NCBI GenBank assembly: GCA_032718475.1
Contig: JAUCBJ010006539.1
Location: forward strand, 1 to 39,022
From: Nemertoderma westbladi
Lineage: Eukaryota > Animalia > Xenacoelomorpha
Direction of reading: 5' to 3'
Length of the DNA: 39,022 bases
A model generated the notes under the pieces. The model had not been told where the DNA came from and ran no database searches. It saw nothing but the letters and a program-made list of their open reading frames with translations. The position numbers were made by a program, and so were the translations under genes. Below, piece after piece: positions 1 to 13,300 of the stretch (position 1 is its first letter; the number at the start of each line of letters is the position of its first letter).

Positions 1-3000
1 TGTTGCATCCGGTCCACCGTGTACCATAAACCTTTTCGCTATCACTCCCACACTCCTTGTTGCATCCGGTCCACCATGTACCATAAACCTTCCAATCACT
101 CCCACACTCCTTGTTGCATCCGGTCCACCATGTACCATAAACCTTGCAATCACTCCCACACTCCTTGTTGTATCCGGTCCACCATATACCATAAAAACCT
201 TGTAATCTCTCCCACACTCATTGTTGCATCTGGTCCACCATGTACCATAAACCTTTTCGCAATCACTCCCATACGCCTTGTTGCATCCGGTCCACCGTGT
301 ACCATAAACCTTTTCGCTATCACTCCCACACTCCTTGTTGCATCCGGTCCACCATGTACCATAAACCTTCCAATCACTCCCACACTCCTTGTTGCATCCG
401 GTCCACCATGTACCATAAACCTTGCAATCACTCCCACACTCCTTGTTGTATCCGGTCCACCATATACCATAAAAACCTTGTAATCTCTCCCACACTCATT
501 GTTGCATCCGGTCCACCATGTACCATAAACCTTTTCGCAATCACTCCCACACTCCTTGTTGCATCCGGTCCACCGTGTACCATAAACCTTTTCGCTATCA
601 CTCCCACACTCCTTGTTGCATCCGGTCCACCATGTACCATAAACCTTCCAATCACTCCCACACTCCTTGTTGCATCCGGTCCACCATGTACCATAAACCT
701 TGCAATCACTCCCACACTCCTTGTTGTATCCGGTCCACCATGTACCATAAAAACCTTGCAATCTCTCCCACACTCATTGTTGCATCTGGTCCACCATGTA
801 CCATAAACCTTTTCGCAATCACTCCTACACACCTTGTTGCATCCGGTCCACCATGTACCATAAACCTTCCAATCACTCCCACACTCCTAGTTGCATCCGG
901 TCCACCATGTACCCTAAACCTTGCAATCACTCCCACACTCCTTTTTGCATCCGGTCCACCATGTACCATAAACCTTTTCGCCAATGACTCCCACACTCCT
1001 TGTTGCACCCGGTCCACCATGCATGTACCATAAACCTTTTCGCAATTACTCCACACTCCTTGTTGCATCCGGTCCACCGTGTACCATAAACCTTTTCGCG
1101 ATCACTCCCACACACCTTGTTGCATCCGGTCCACCATGTACCCTAAACCTTGCAATCACTCCCACACTCCTTCTTGCATCCGGTCCACCATGTACCATAA
1201 ACCTTTTCGCCAATGACTCCCACACTCCTTGTTGCACCCGGTCCACCATGCATGTACCATAAACCTTTTCGCAATTACTCCACACTCCTTGTTGCATCCG
1301 GTCCATTATGTACCATAAACCTTCTCGCAATCACTCCCACACTCCTTGTTGCATCCGGTCCACCATGTACCATAAACCTTTTCGCAATCACTCCACACTC
1401 CTTGTTGCATCCGTTCCACCATGTACCATAAACCTTGCAATCACTCCCACACTCCTTGTTGCATTCGGTCCACCAAGTACCATAAACCTTTTCGCAATCA
1501 CTCTCACACTCCTTGTTGCATCCGGTCCACCATGTACTATAAACCTTCTCGCAATCACTCCCACACTCCTTGTTGCATCCGGTCCATTATGTACCATAAA
1601 CCTTCTCGCAATCACTCCCACAATCCTTGTTGCATCCGGTCCACCATGTACCATAAACCTTGCAATCACTCCCACACTCCTTGTTGCATCCGGTCCAACA
1701 TGTACCATCAACCTTGCAATCACTCCCACACTCCTTATTGCATCCGTTCCACCGTGTACCATAAACCTTCTCGCAATCACTCCCACGCTCCTTGTTGCAT
1801 CCGGTCCACCATGTACCATAAACCTTGCAATCACTCCCACACTCCTTGTTGCATCCGGTCCACCATGTACCATAAACCTTGCAATCACTCCCACACTCCT
1901 TGTTGCATCCGGTCCACCATGTACCATAAACCTCGCAATCACTCCCACACTCCTTGTTGCATCCGGTCCACCGTGTACCATAAACCTTTTCGCAATCACT
2001 CCCACACTCCTTGTTGCATCCGGTCCATTATGTACCATAAACCTTCTCGCAATCACTCCCACACTCCTTGTTGCATCCGGTCCACCATGTACCATAAACC
2101 TTTTCGCAATCACTCCCACACTCCTTGTTGCATCCTATCCACCGTGTACCATAAACCTTGCAATCACTCAGACACTCCTTGTTGCATCCGGTCCACCGTG
2201 TACCATAAACCTTTTCGCAATCACTCCCACACTCCTTGTTGCATCCGGTCCATTATGTACCATAAACCTTCTCGCAATCACTCCCACACTCCTTGTTGCA
2301 TCCTATCCACCGTGTACCATAAACCTTGCAATCACTCAGACACTCCTTGTTGCATCCGGTCCACCGTGTACCATAAACCTTTTCGCAATCACTCCCACAC
2401 TCCTTGTTGCATCCGGTCCATTATGTACCATAAACCTTCTCGCAATCACTCCCACACTCCTTGTTGCATCCGGTCCATTATGTACCATAAACCTTCTCGC
2501 AATCACTCCCACACTCCTTGTTGCATCCGGTCCACCATGTACCATAAACCTTTTCGCAATCACTCCCACACTCCTTGTTGCATCCTATCCACCATGTACC
2601 ATAAACCTTGCAACCACTCCCACACTCCTTGTTGCATCCGGTCCATTATGTACCATAAACCTTCTCGCAATCACTCCCACACTCCTTGTTGCATCCGGTC
2701 CACCATGTACCATAAACCTTGCAATCACTCCCACACTCCTTGTTGCATCCTGTCCACCGTGTACCATAAACCTTGCAATCACTCAGACACTCCTTGTTGC
2801 ATCCGGTCCACCATGTACCATAAACCTTCTCGCAATCACTCCCACACTCCTTGTTGCATCCGGTCCATTATGTACCATAAACCTTCTCGCAATCACTCCC
2901 ACACTCCTTGTTGCATCCGGTCCACCATGGACCATAAACCTTCCAATCACTCCCACACTCCTTGTTGCATCCGGTCCACCATGTACCATAAACCTTGCAA

Positions 3001-6000
3001 TCACTCCCACACTCCTTGTTGTATCCGGTCCACCATGTACCATAAAAACCTTGCAATCTCTCCCACACTCATTGTTGCATCTGGTCCACCATGTACCATA
3101 AACCTTTTCGCAATCACTCCTACACACCTTGTTGCATCCGGTCCACCATGTACCATAAACCTTCCAATCACTCCCACACTCCTTGTTGCATCCGGTCCAC
3201 CATGTACCCTAAACCTTGCAATCACTCCCACACTCCTTGTTGCATCCGGTCCACCATGTACCATAAACCTTTTCGCCAATGACTCCCACACTCCTTGTTG
3301 CACCCGGTCCACCATGCATGTACCATAAACCTTTTCGCAATTACTCTACACTCCTTGTTGCATCCGGTCCACCGTGTACCATAAACCTTTTCGCGATCAC
3401 TCCCACACACCTTGTTGCATCCGGTCCACCATGTACCATAAACCTTCCAATCACTCCCACACTCCTTGTTGCATCCGGTCCACCATGTACCATAAACCTT
3501 TTCGCAATTACTCCACACTCCTTGTTGCATCCGGTCCACCAAGTACCATAAATCTTTTCGCAATCACTCTCACACTCCTTGTTGCATCCGGTCCACCATG
3601 TACTATAAACCTTCTCGCAATCACTCCCACACTCCTTGTTGCATCCGGTCCATTATGTACCATAAACCTTCTCGCAATCACTCCCACACTCCTTGTTGCA
3701 TCCGGTCCACCATGTACCATAAACCTTGCAATCACTCCCACACTCCTTGTTGCATCCGGTCCACCATGTACCATAAACCTTGCAATCACTCCCACACTCC
3801 TTGTTGCATCCGGTCCACCATGTACCATAAACCTTGCAATCACTCCCACACTCCTTGTTGCATCCGGTCCACCATGTACCATAAACCTTGCAATCACTCC
3901 CACACTCCTTGTTGCATCCGGTCCACCATGTACCATAAACCTTGCAATCACTCCCACACTCCTTGTTGCATCCGGTCCACCATGTACCATAAACCTTTTC
4001 GCAATCACTCCCACACTCCTTGTTGCATCCTATCCACCATGTACCATAAACCTTGCAATCACTCCCACACTCCTTGTTGCATCCTGTCCATCGTGTACCA
4101 TAAACCTTGCAACCACTCCCACACTCCTTGTTGCATCCGGTCCATTATGTACCATAAACCTTCTCGCAATCACTCCCACACTCCTTGTTGCATCCGGTCC
4201 ACCATGTACCATAAACCTTCCAATCACTCCCACACTCCTTGTTGCATCCGGTCCACCATGTACCATAAACCTTGCAATCACTCCCACACTCCTTGTTGCA
4301 TCCGGTCCACCATGTACCATAAACCTTGCAATCACTCCCACACTCCTTGTTGCATCCGGTCCACCATGTACCATAAACCTTTTCGCAATCACTCCCACAC
4401 TCCTTGTTGCATCCTATCCACCATGTACCATAAACCTTGCAATCACTCCCACACTCCTTGTTGCATCCTGTCCATCGTGTACCATAAACCTTGCAACCAC
4501 TCCCACACTCCTTGTTGCATCCGGTCCATTATGTACCATAAACCTTCTCGCAATCACTCCCACACTCACTCCTTGTTGCATCCGGTCCACCATGTACCAT
4601 AAACCTTCCAATCACTCCCACACTCCTTGTTGCATCCGGTCCACCATGTACCATAAACCTTTTCGCAATCACTCCCACACTCCTTGTTGCATCCTATCCA
4701 CCATGTACCATAAACCTTGCAATCACTCCCACACTCCTTGTTGCATCCTGTCCATCGTGTACCATAAACCTTGCAACCACTCCCACACTCCTTGTTGCAT
4801 CCGGTCCATTATGTACCATAAACCTTCTCGCAATCACTCCCACACTCCTTGTTGCATCCGGTCCACCATGTACCATAAACCTTCCAATCACTCCCACACT
4901 CCTTGTTGCATCCGGTCCACCGTGTACCATAAACCTTGCAATCACTCCCACACTCCGTGTTGCATCCTGTCCATCGTGTACCATAAACCTTGCAATCACT
5001 CAGACACTCCTTGTTGCATCCGGTCCACCGTGTACCATAAACCTTGCAACCACTCCCACACTCCTTGTTGCATCCGGTCCATTATGTACCATAAACCTTC
5101 TCGCAATCACTCCCACACTCCTTGTTGCATCCGGTCCACCATGTACCATAAACCTTGCAATCACTCCCACACTCCTTGTTGCATCCTGTCCATCGTGTAC
5201 CATAAACCTTGCAATCACTCAGACACTCCTTGTTGCATCCGGTCCACCATGTACCATAAACCTTCTCGCAATCACTCCCACACTCCTTGTTGCATCCGGT
5301 CCATTATGTACCATAAACCTTCTCGCAATCACTCCCACACTCCTTGTTGCATCCGGTCCACCATGTACCATAAACCTTGCAATCACTCCCACACTCCTTG
5401 TTGCATCCGGTCCACCATGTACCATAAAGCTTGCAATCACTCCCACACTCCTTGTTGCATCCGGTCCACCATGTACCATAAACCTTGCAATCACTCCCAC
5501 ACTCCTTGTTGCATCCGTTCCACCATGTACCATAAACCTCCTCGCAATCACTCCCACACTCCTTGTTGCATCCGGTCCACCATGTACCATAAACCTTGCA
5601 ATCACTCCCACACTCCTTATTGCATCCGTTCCACCATGTACCATAAACCTTTTCGCAATCACTCCCAACACTCCTTGTTGCATCCTGTCCACCGTGTACC
5701 ATAAACCTTGCAATCACTCAGACACTTCTTGTTGCATCCGGTCCACCGTGTACCATAAACCTTGCAACCACTCCCACACTCCTTGTTGCATCCGGTCCAC
5801 CATGTACCATAAACCTTTTCGCAATCACTCCCACACTCCTTGTTGCATCCGGTCCACCGTGTACCATAAACCTTGCAATCACTCAGACACTCCTTGTTGC
5901 ATCCGGTCCACCGTGTACCATAAACCTTGCAACCACTCCCACACTCCTTGTTGCATCCGGTCCATTATGTACCATAAACCTTCTCGCAATCACTCCCACA

Positions 6001-7138
6001 CTCCTTGTTGCATCCGGTCCACCATGTACCATAAACCTTGCAATCACTCCCACACTCCTTGTTGCATCCGGTCCACCGTGTACCATAAACCTTTTCGCAA
6101 TCACTCCCACACTCCTTGTTGCATCCGGTCCACCATGTACCATAAACCTTGCAATCACTCCCACACTCCTTGTTGCATCCTGTCCACCGTGTACCATAAA
6201 CCTTGCAATCACTCAGACACTCCTTGTTGCATCCGGTCCACCATGTACCATAAACCTTCTCGCAATCACTCCCACACTCATTGTTGCATCCGGTCCATTA
6301 TGTACCATAAACCTTCTCGCAATCACTCCCACACTCCTTGTTGCATCCGGTCCACCATGTACCATAAACCTTGCAATCACTCCCACACTCCTTGTTGCAT
6401 CCTGTCCACCGTGTACCATAAACCTTGCAATCACTCAGACACTCCTTGTTGCATCCGGTCCACCATGTACCATAAACCTTCTCGCAATCACTCCCACACT
6501 CATTGTTGCATCCGGTCCATTATGTACCATAAACCTTCTCGCAATCACTCCCACACTCCTTGTTGCATCCGGTCCACCGTGTACCATAAACCTTGCAATC
6601 ACTCCCACACTCCTTGTTGCATCCGTTCCACCATGTACCATAAACCTCCTCACAATCACTCCCACACTCCTTGATGCATTCGGTCCACCATGTACCATAA
6701 ACCTTGCAATCACTCCCACACTCCTTGTTGCATCCGGTCCACCATGTACCATAAACCTTTACGCAATCACTCCCACACTCCTTGTTGCATCCGGTCCACC
6801 GTGTACCATAAACCTTGCAATCACTCCCACACTCCTTGTTGCATCCGTTCCACCATGTACCATAAACCTCCTCACAATCACTCCCACACTCCTTGATGCA
6901 TTCGGTCCACCATGTACCATAAACCTTGCAATCACTCCCCCACTCCTTGTTGCATCCGGTCCACCATGTACCATAAACCTTTACGCAATCACTCCCACAC
7001 TCCTTATTGCATCCGTTCCACCATGTACCATAAACCTTGCAATCACTCCCACACTCCTTATTGCATCCGGTCCATTATGTACCATAAACCTTGCAATCAC
7101 TCCCACACTCCTTGTTGCATCCGGTCCACCGTGTTCCA
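1..7138. repeat. satellite array, 54/57-bp unit (CACTCCCACACTCCTTGTTGCATCCGGTCCACCATGTACCATAAACCTT[TTC]GCAAT), roughly 128 copies, open at the window edge
   Basis: Direct periodicity; 278-bp five-unit higher-order period at the start; a block duplicated at an offset of 2295 bp. Confidence 0.98.
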
Positions 7139-8357
7139 CCAGGTTTGAAGCCGTCAACTATGTCGTTTAAGCTATATTATTACTAATTTGAGATAAAAAG
7201 TAAAAGTTATTGGTGACCGTGAAACTCGAAACACAACAAGCAACCCGCAAACAGTTATCTCTTAGCTATTACCTGTAAAAATGTAGGGCAATACACCATA
7301 ACTCCCAATGTTGAATACTCCGAAGGCTGACAATCCAACGCCTCCTGGGTGAATATTTTTAGAGATGGATGATAATATTATGTTGATGAAATAATATCAA
7401 TTCAGAAGGGATTGATACTAAAATGAACAAAAATACATCGATGAGAAGAAATTATATTGATCACATCTAATATTCTCATTTAATTTATGAGGGCGTTGAG
7501 TGGGAGAATAAAGTTACATATTCGTTCTATACAGTTTATTTAATCATTTTTCATTTCCAATATTTATAGGCGACAACTCGCCTACAATATAAAATAAACA
7601 TTAAGGAATACGTCAATATACAAATTATCGATAATACGGCCGTAATTACATTAAAATCAGCACAAAAATGTATATACTAACTCCGAAAAACTGGCTATTC
7701 GTTTTTTACTTAAAAAATTAAATAATAAAAATAAAATATTATGTTTTTCCAATGCTTCTTGAATATATAACACTAACAGTATTCAATACATAAACAGATC
7801 GGTCATATCAAACACGTCCAAATGTCATCGGAATGTGAAACAATTATTGAGAATAAACGGAGTGAAAGATTGTTATAAATAGTGTAATATCACGACAATG
7901 CATTTCAAACAAAATGTTATTTACAATACAATATTAAATTGGATAATACAGAAAATTAGTTCATACAGAATTAAGATGGGCCTATTACGCGCATATAAAC
8001 TTAATGTGATAAAAAGCTTCTTTATTTCCCGTTGCAACAAATAGCACTACTGTAACAGTTATGGATGTATTACATTTATTAGTGAAAGAGGCCAATGAAT
8101 AAGATAATGTTAAACGTACAATGTCAATGTTTCTGGGGGGAATTTAAACCAAATATAAATAATAATGACGAAGTTAATAATCTCAATAAAGTGGCACCTG
8201 AATAAATCGAATGAAATAAATTATTTAATTAAATCGAAAACATAAATATAGGCCCAAAACCCGTACACTTGATGTCGACACAGATTATGTATATTGCAGT
8301 ACCCCATCTTCCTGGTGGAAACTAATAAATCTTTAGCAAATATTATCTGAAAATAAT

Positions 8358-8500
8358 AATTATTTAATACTTGGGAAAAAGTAGAACTTTTTTTCACTAT
8401 TCAGGAGGCATTATATTTACCGAACTCTAGCGAGGTTAATAAAGAATCGAGATAATATTGAACAAAAGTTCTACGTTTTTTTCCCACGTAATACGTAATT
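8358..8500. repeat. imperfect palindrome, probably the end of a non-autonomous mobile element
   Basis: TACTTGGGAAAAAGTAGAACTTTT ... AAAAGTTCTACGTTTTTTTCCCACGTA; a weaker hairpin lies near 9465-9530. Confidence 0.55.
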
Positions 8501-10116
8501 ATATTTCTTAAATGGGACTTTTTGTTGCTATTTCTTTATTGTTAAGTAATTTAATGTTCTCGAATATTTATTATAACTTGTAATCTAACGATATATAAAT
8601 ATAACTATATATATAAATATAACTAGAGACCCTCTTTAACTACATAAACCAATATTGGATATTGAGTTCCGTTTTTGAGTTCGCCTTGCAGAGTGCAGAC
8701 TCTACACTTGCAATAACTTTTCAGTGTTTGAATGGATTTTGCTCAAATTACGTGCAAACCTTTTATACTTCGATGCTCTTTCAACACATTTAATAAAATG
8801 TAAGAAATTCCACCAAAAATATTTTCATACTTTCCTACCTATTTTACTTTTTGCCGGAAAAGAAAAGAGAAAAATCAATACAACAATGGATACTATGGTT
8901 ACTTATTCCCCCAAGTAAAAAGTACTAACTTTTCTACTGATTTTGAGTGCGATTGGAGCGAAAAAATGTAACAATTTAAGAATACAAATATTTCACAAAA
9001 ATGGACTCGAAAATCCGTTTCGAAAGTGAATTGAATTTGGAGAACCTTTTTTTTCTTTAGATCCTTAAAACCAAAACCAAATCGTTTTCGAAAGGCAATT
9101 AGTTACAAAGAAAGTTAGCTTTATTATAATAAATCAATCAAACATATTTATTTATTTGATTCAAGAAATGAAGTTGTCGTCACATAAGTAGGAAGGTTTT
9201 ATCACAACATTCAAGCTAGGTGAGTATATAGAAAAGGCGGGATTTCACATCTATGTATTGGGTATCAGCAATGTAATTATTTAATTTTGCAAATTAGCTG
9301 TGTCTCCCGACAATCTAACTGAAATCCTCCGAATGTGGCGAGTCATTATTACTGATGACGTGACCTTAAATAATGTGTAATGTTTGTGTAGCGAAAATTA
9401 TAACAGCAAAACATTTCATTAATAATTGATTTGAGTAGCATTTATTGATACTCGAGATTATTTGGGTGTAACAATTCCACGATATGGAAATACCTATAGG
9501 TTAGCGCCTTCGCCAATGTAATATGTTACAATTTCGTTGAAATTTAACATTTAAATTGGGAAATACTGCAAGAGACGTGCCTACAGCACGCCCAGGCCAA
9601 GCTGGTAACTTCAATAATAATGCTAATTAATTAATTACATCAGTCTACAACTGTTATATTGTCGAACTAACGGAGAACCATTATATACTTAAGTGAACCA
9701 AACAGGCCCAGTAAGATTCTACCAAAACACAGTGAAAACTGTGTTAGTGATCAATGATGGCCTAGGTTCATTTACATAACCGAGATTAATATGAGAGAAT
9801 TCCATTGATTTATATTATCATGAATCAGTGGTCAACACACGATGTACGATTTACTGTTCCTGTACCCTGGACCACTTTGATATTTGTAGTTGTACCAATT
9901 AATTTATTGTCACCTTTATTACAGAAAATATACGAACTGACGGTGTAAATATCTTTATTATGCAGGTAAAAATAAGATCTCTTGCACGGTAAAAAAAATG
10001 CCGCACCACAATAACCCTCGGGTGAAAATAAATTCACCCTTAAAATTATGATGGTTGTTAACATTGGAGTTAAAGTCTACGTATAAAAAAATAAAAAAAA
10101 TTGCCTCAATTTCTGG

Positions 10117-10378
10117 CTAAACTTCCATTTCTGGGTAGGGGTTATGTTCAAGGTTGTTATTCCCGTTGGGTCTGAAACTCTCCATCTGTCTGCTAGGGTA
10201 TTGTTGCTCAGTATAATGGTGTTGCTGGCTCGGACGGTCAATAGTCTGCCAGTCCGAACGTCTGGCGTCGCTGTGCCGGCTGAAGGTGTTCGCAGGTCCG
10301 GGATATTTCGCTAAAGAGTATGTCCCGTCGTCTAGGCAACGGGTCTCTTCTTCGGGTGCCTCCGGAATGGTATTGCAT
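10117..10378 (-). CDS. NCAM: NCAM-like terminal coding exon, cytoplasmic tail
   Basis: gtttacag|(R)CNTIPEAPEEETRCLDDGTYSLAKYPGP...NNLEHNPYPEMEV*; phase-2 entry matches the TM exon; GC-rich island; minus-strand AATAAA signals follow at about 9903-9959. Confidence 0.85.
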
Positions 10379-13300
10379 CTGTAAACAGCAAACTAAGTTT
10401 TAGTATTTTCAAATTATGTAAAAGGGTATTTATGCAAAATCATGCAAAGGCAAAAGGGCATGTACTTACTGTACTGTATGCCTAGTGCATAGCATACTGC
10501 TGATGTACATAGGCCCTACCAGTTGTTGACATTTGAGTTGATCGGACCGTACACTGATAGTCAGAATTGAAAATAATTATATCAGTAATATAGTACAGTA
10601 TAACATCTGTCAACCATGGGACTAAAGGAAAAAGGGCATTGATAATTAAAGGTCGCGACATGCTTACTAACAGGGGCTAATCCATCTAATGGGGCGGAAT
10701 ACTGATGGCGTGTAATTTCTGCGCCAACTATGTGTAATGCAGATATTCATAATGCATACAGTGTTTAAACGGAATCAGACTTATCGGGATTTAGGGATCG
10801 GGAATGCAATTTTGAATAAAAATGTTTTAAAGTTTTCAGTATAATACTGCTGTTAGTATAAAATGGGTTTTCGGAAAAATTATATCACTTTATTTCACAC
10901 TGCTGAAATATTAGTGAGATAAAATTATATTATAATATATTTATAGTTGATTACTGAATGGTTTACTGACATCCAGTCCGACAACTCAATATGGTCATTA
11001 CAGTTCTGTCCTAGTGTAACTATTCATCGGATATTAAAGAAATTTATTTCACTATAAAATTTATATACATCGGGATCGGGATCACCGGGAACCCGTTTAA
11101 ACACTAACGTATGCAAGATTATGGTGTTTAAGTTATTACCTAGATATGGTCCTAAACAATTAATAATTTAATTCCACTTTCATTTCAATTAAACAATTTA
11201 AAATTTGAGAACACATTAACTTAAAATCGTAACAATACATTACGATTTTTGAATATCAACTCCTAGCGGTAGCACAACAATTATCGCTATAAAGAAATAG
11301 CACCTAAAATACGCCATATACGACATAATTACAATATTAAATTATCACCTAATTAGTTACTAGCAATAGACCTATACTAAATTGTTGTTTGATGTTACAA
11401 ATAATTAATCGTACTGGTACCTGTAAGTTGATTGTTCCGTATCTTTCTCTGTCGTTCCCCTGTTGTGTTTACAGAACCCGGAACAGATAAAATAAGTAAC
11501 ACCGCAAGAGTTTATGGCGAAACAGCTGATATCGATAGCGAAGAGTAGGAGCACAAAAACAGCGATAATGATACCGGAGATAGCGGCCATTGGAAGTATA
11601 TCGGAGAGTTGTTTGGAGTTGGAACCTTCGTTGTCGTAGCTACCGTCGGTGGGTGGGGCTCTTCGAGTGCCTATATAGTAACAACCGATAGATTACAAGT
11701 TACAATTAATTTATTGAATGATATAATGTTATGTTAACATATTAAAATACACAAAAATTAATAGTAAAATATGGGGACATAAGGAAAAATATAAGTTAAT
11801 ATAATAAAAGTAGTTAGTAGTCCAACACACAATGACCGCAACAATGTCCCACAACAATTTCACAACCATGCCCAACACACATTGACCGCAACAATGTCCC
11901 ACAACAATTTCACAACCATGTCCAACACACAATAACCGCAACAATGTCCCACAACAATTTCACAACCATGTCCAACACACAATGTCCCACAACAATTTCA
12001 CAACCATGTCCAACACACAATGACCGCAACAATGTCCCAGAAAAATTTCACAACCATGTCTAACACACCATTACCGCAACAATGTCCCACAACAATTTCA
12101 CAACCATGTCCAACACACATTGACCGCAACAATGTCCAAAAACAATTTCACAACCATGTCCAACACACAATGACCGCAACAATGTCCCAGAACAATTTCA
12201 CAACCATGTCCAACACACAATGATCGCAACAATGTCCCACAACAATTTCACAACCATGTCCAACACACAATGACCGCAACAATGTCCCACAACATCTTCA
12301 CAACCATGTCCAACACACAATGACCGCAACAATGTCCCACAACAATTACACAACCATGTCCAACATACAATGACCGCAACAATGTCCCACAACAATTTCA
12401 CAACCATGTCCAACACACAATGACCGCAACAATGTCCCACAACAATTTCACAACCATGTCCAACACACAATGACCGCAACAATGTCCCACAACAATTTCA
12501 CAACCAGTCCAACACACAATGTCCCACAACAATTTCACAACCATGTCCAACACACAATGACTGCAACAATGTCCCAGAAAAATTTCACAACCATGTCTAA
12601 CACACCATTACCGCAACAATGTCCCACAACAATTTCACAACCATGTCCAACACACATTGACCGCAACAATGTCCAAAAACAATTTCACAACCATGTCCAA
12701 CACACAATGACCGCAACAATGTCCCAGAACAATTTCACAACCATGTCCAACACACAATGACCGCAACAATGTCCCACAACAATTTCACAACCATGTCCAA
12801 CACACAATGACCGCAACAATGTCCCAGAACAATTTCACAACCATGTCCAACACACAATGTCCCACAACAATTTCACAACCATGTCCAACACACATTGACC
12901 GCAACAATGTCCAAAAACAATTTCACAACCATGTCCAACACACAATGACCGCAACAATGTCCCAGAACAATTTCACAACCATGTCCAACACACAATGACC
13001 GCAACAATGTCCCACAACAATTTCACAACCATGTCCAACACACAATGACCGCAACAATGTCCTACAACATCTTCACAACCATGTCCAACACACAATGACC
13101 GCAACAATGTCCCAGAACAATTTCACAACCATGTCCAACACACAATGACCGCAACAATGTCCCACAACAATTTCACAACCATGTCCAACACACAATGACC
13201 GCAACAATGTCCTACAACATCTTCACAACCATGTCCAACACACAATGACCGCAACAATGTCCCACAACAATTTCACAACCATGTCCAACACACAATGACC

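Noticed and set aside
19-7148. Long repetitive ORFs as real proteins (for example 3374-5704, 1421-3328)
   Set aside because: They are open in several frames on both strands because the unit lengths are multiples of 3; frameshifting units occur; no signal peptide or gene structure is visible.
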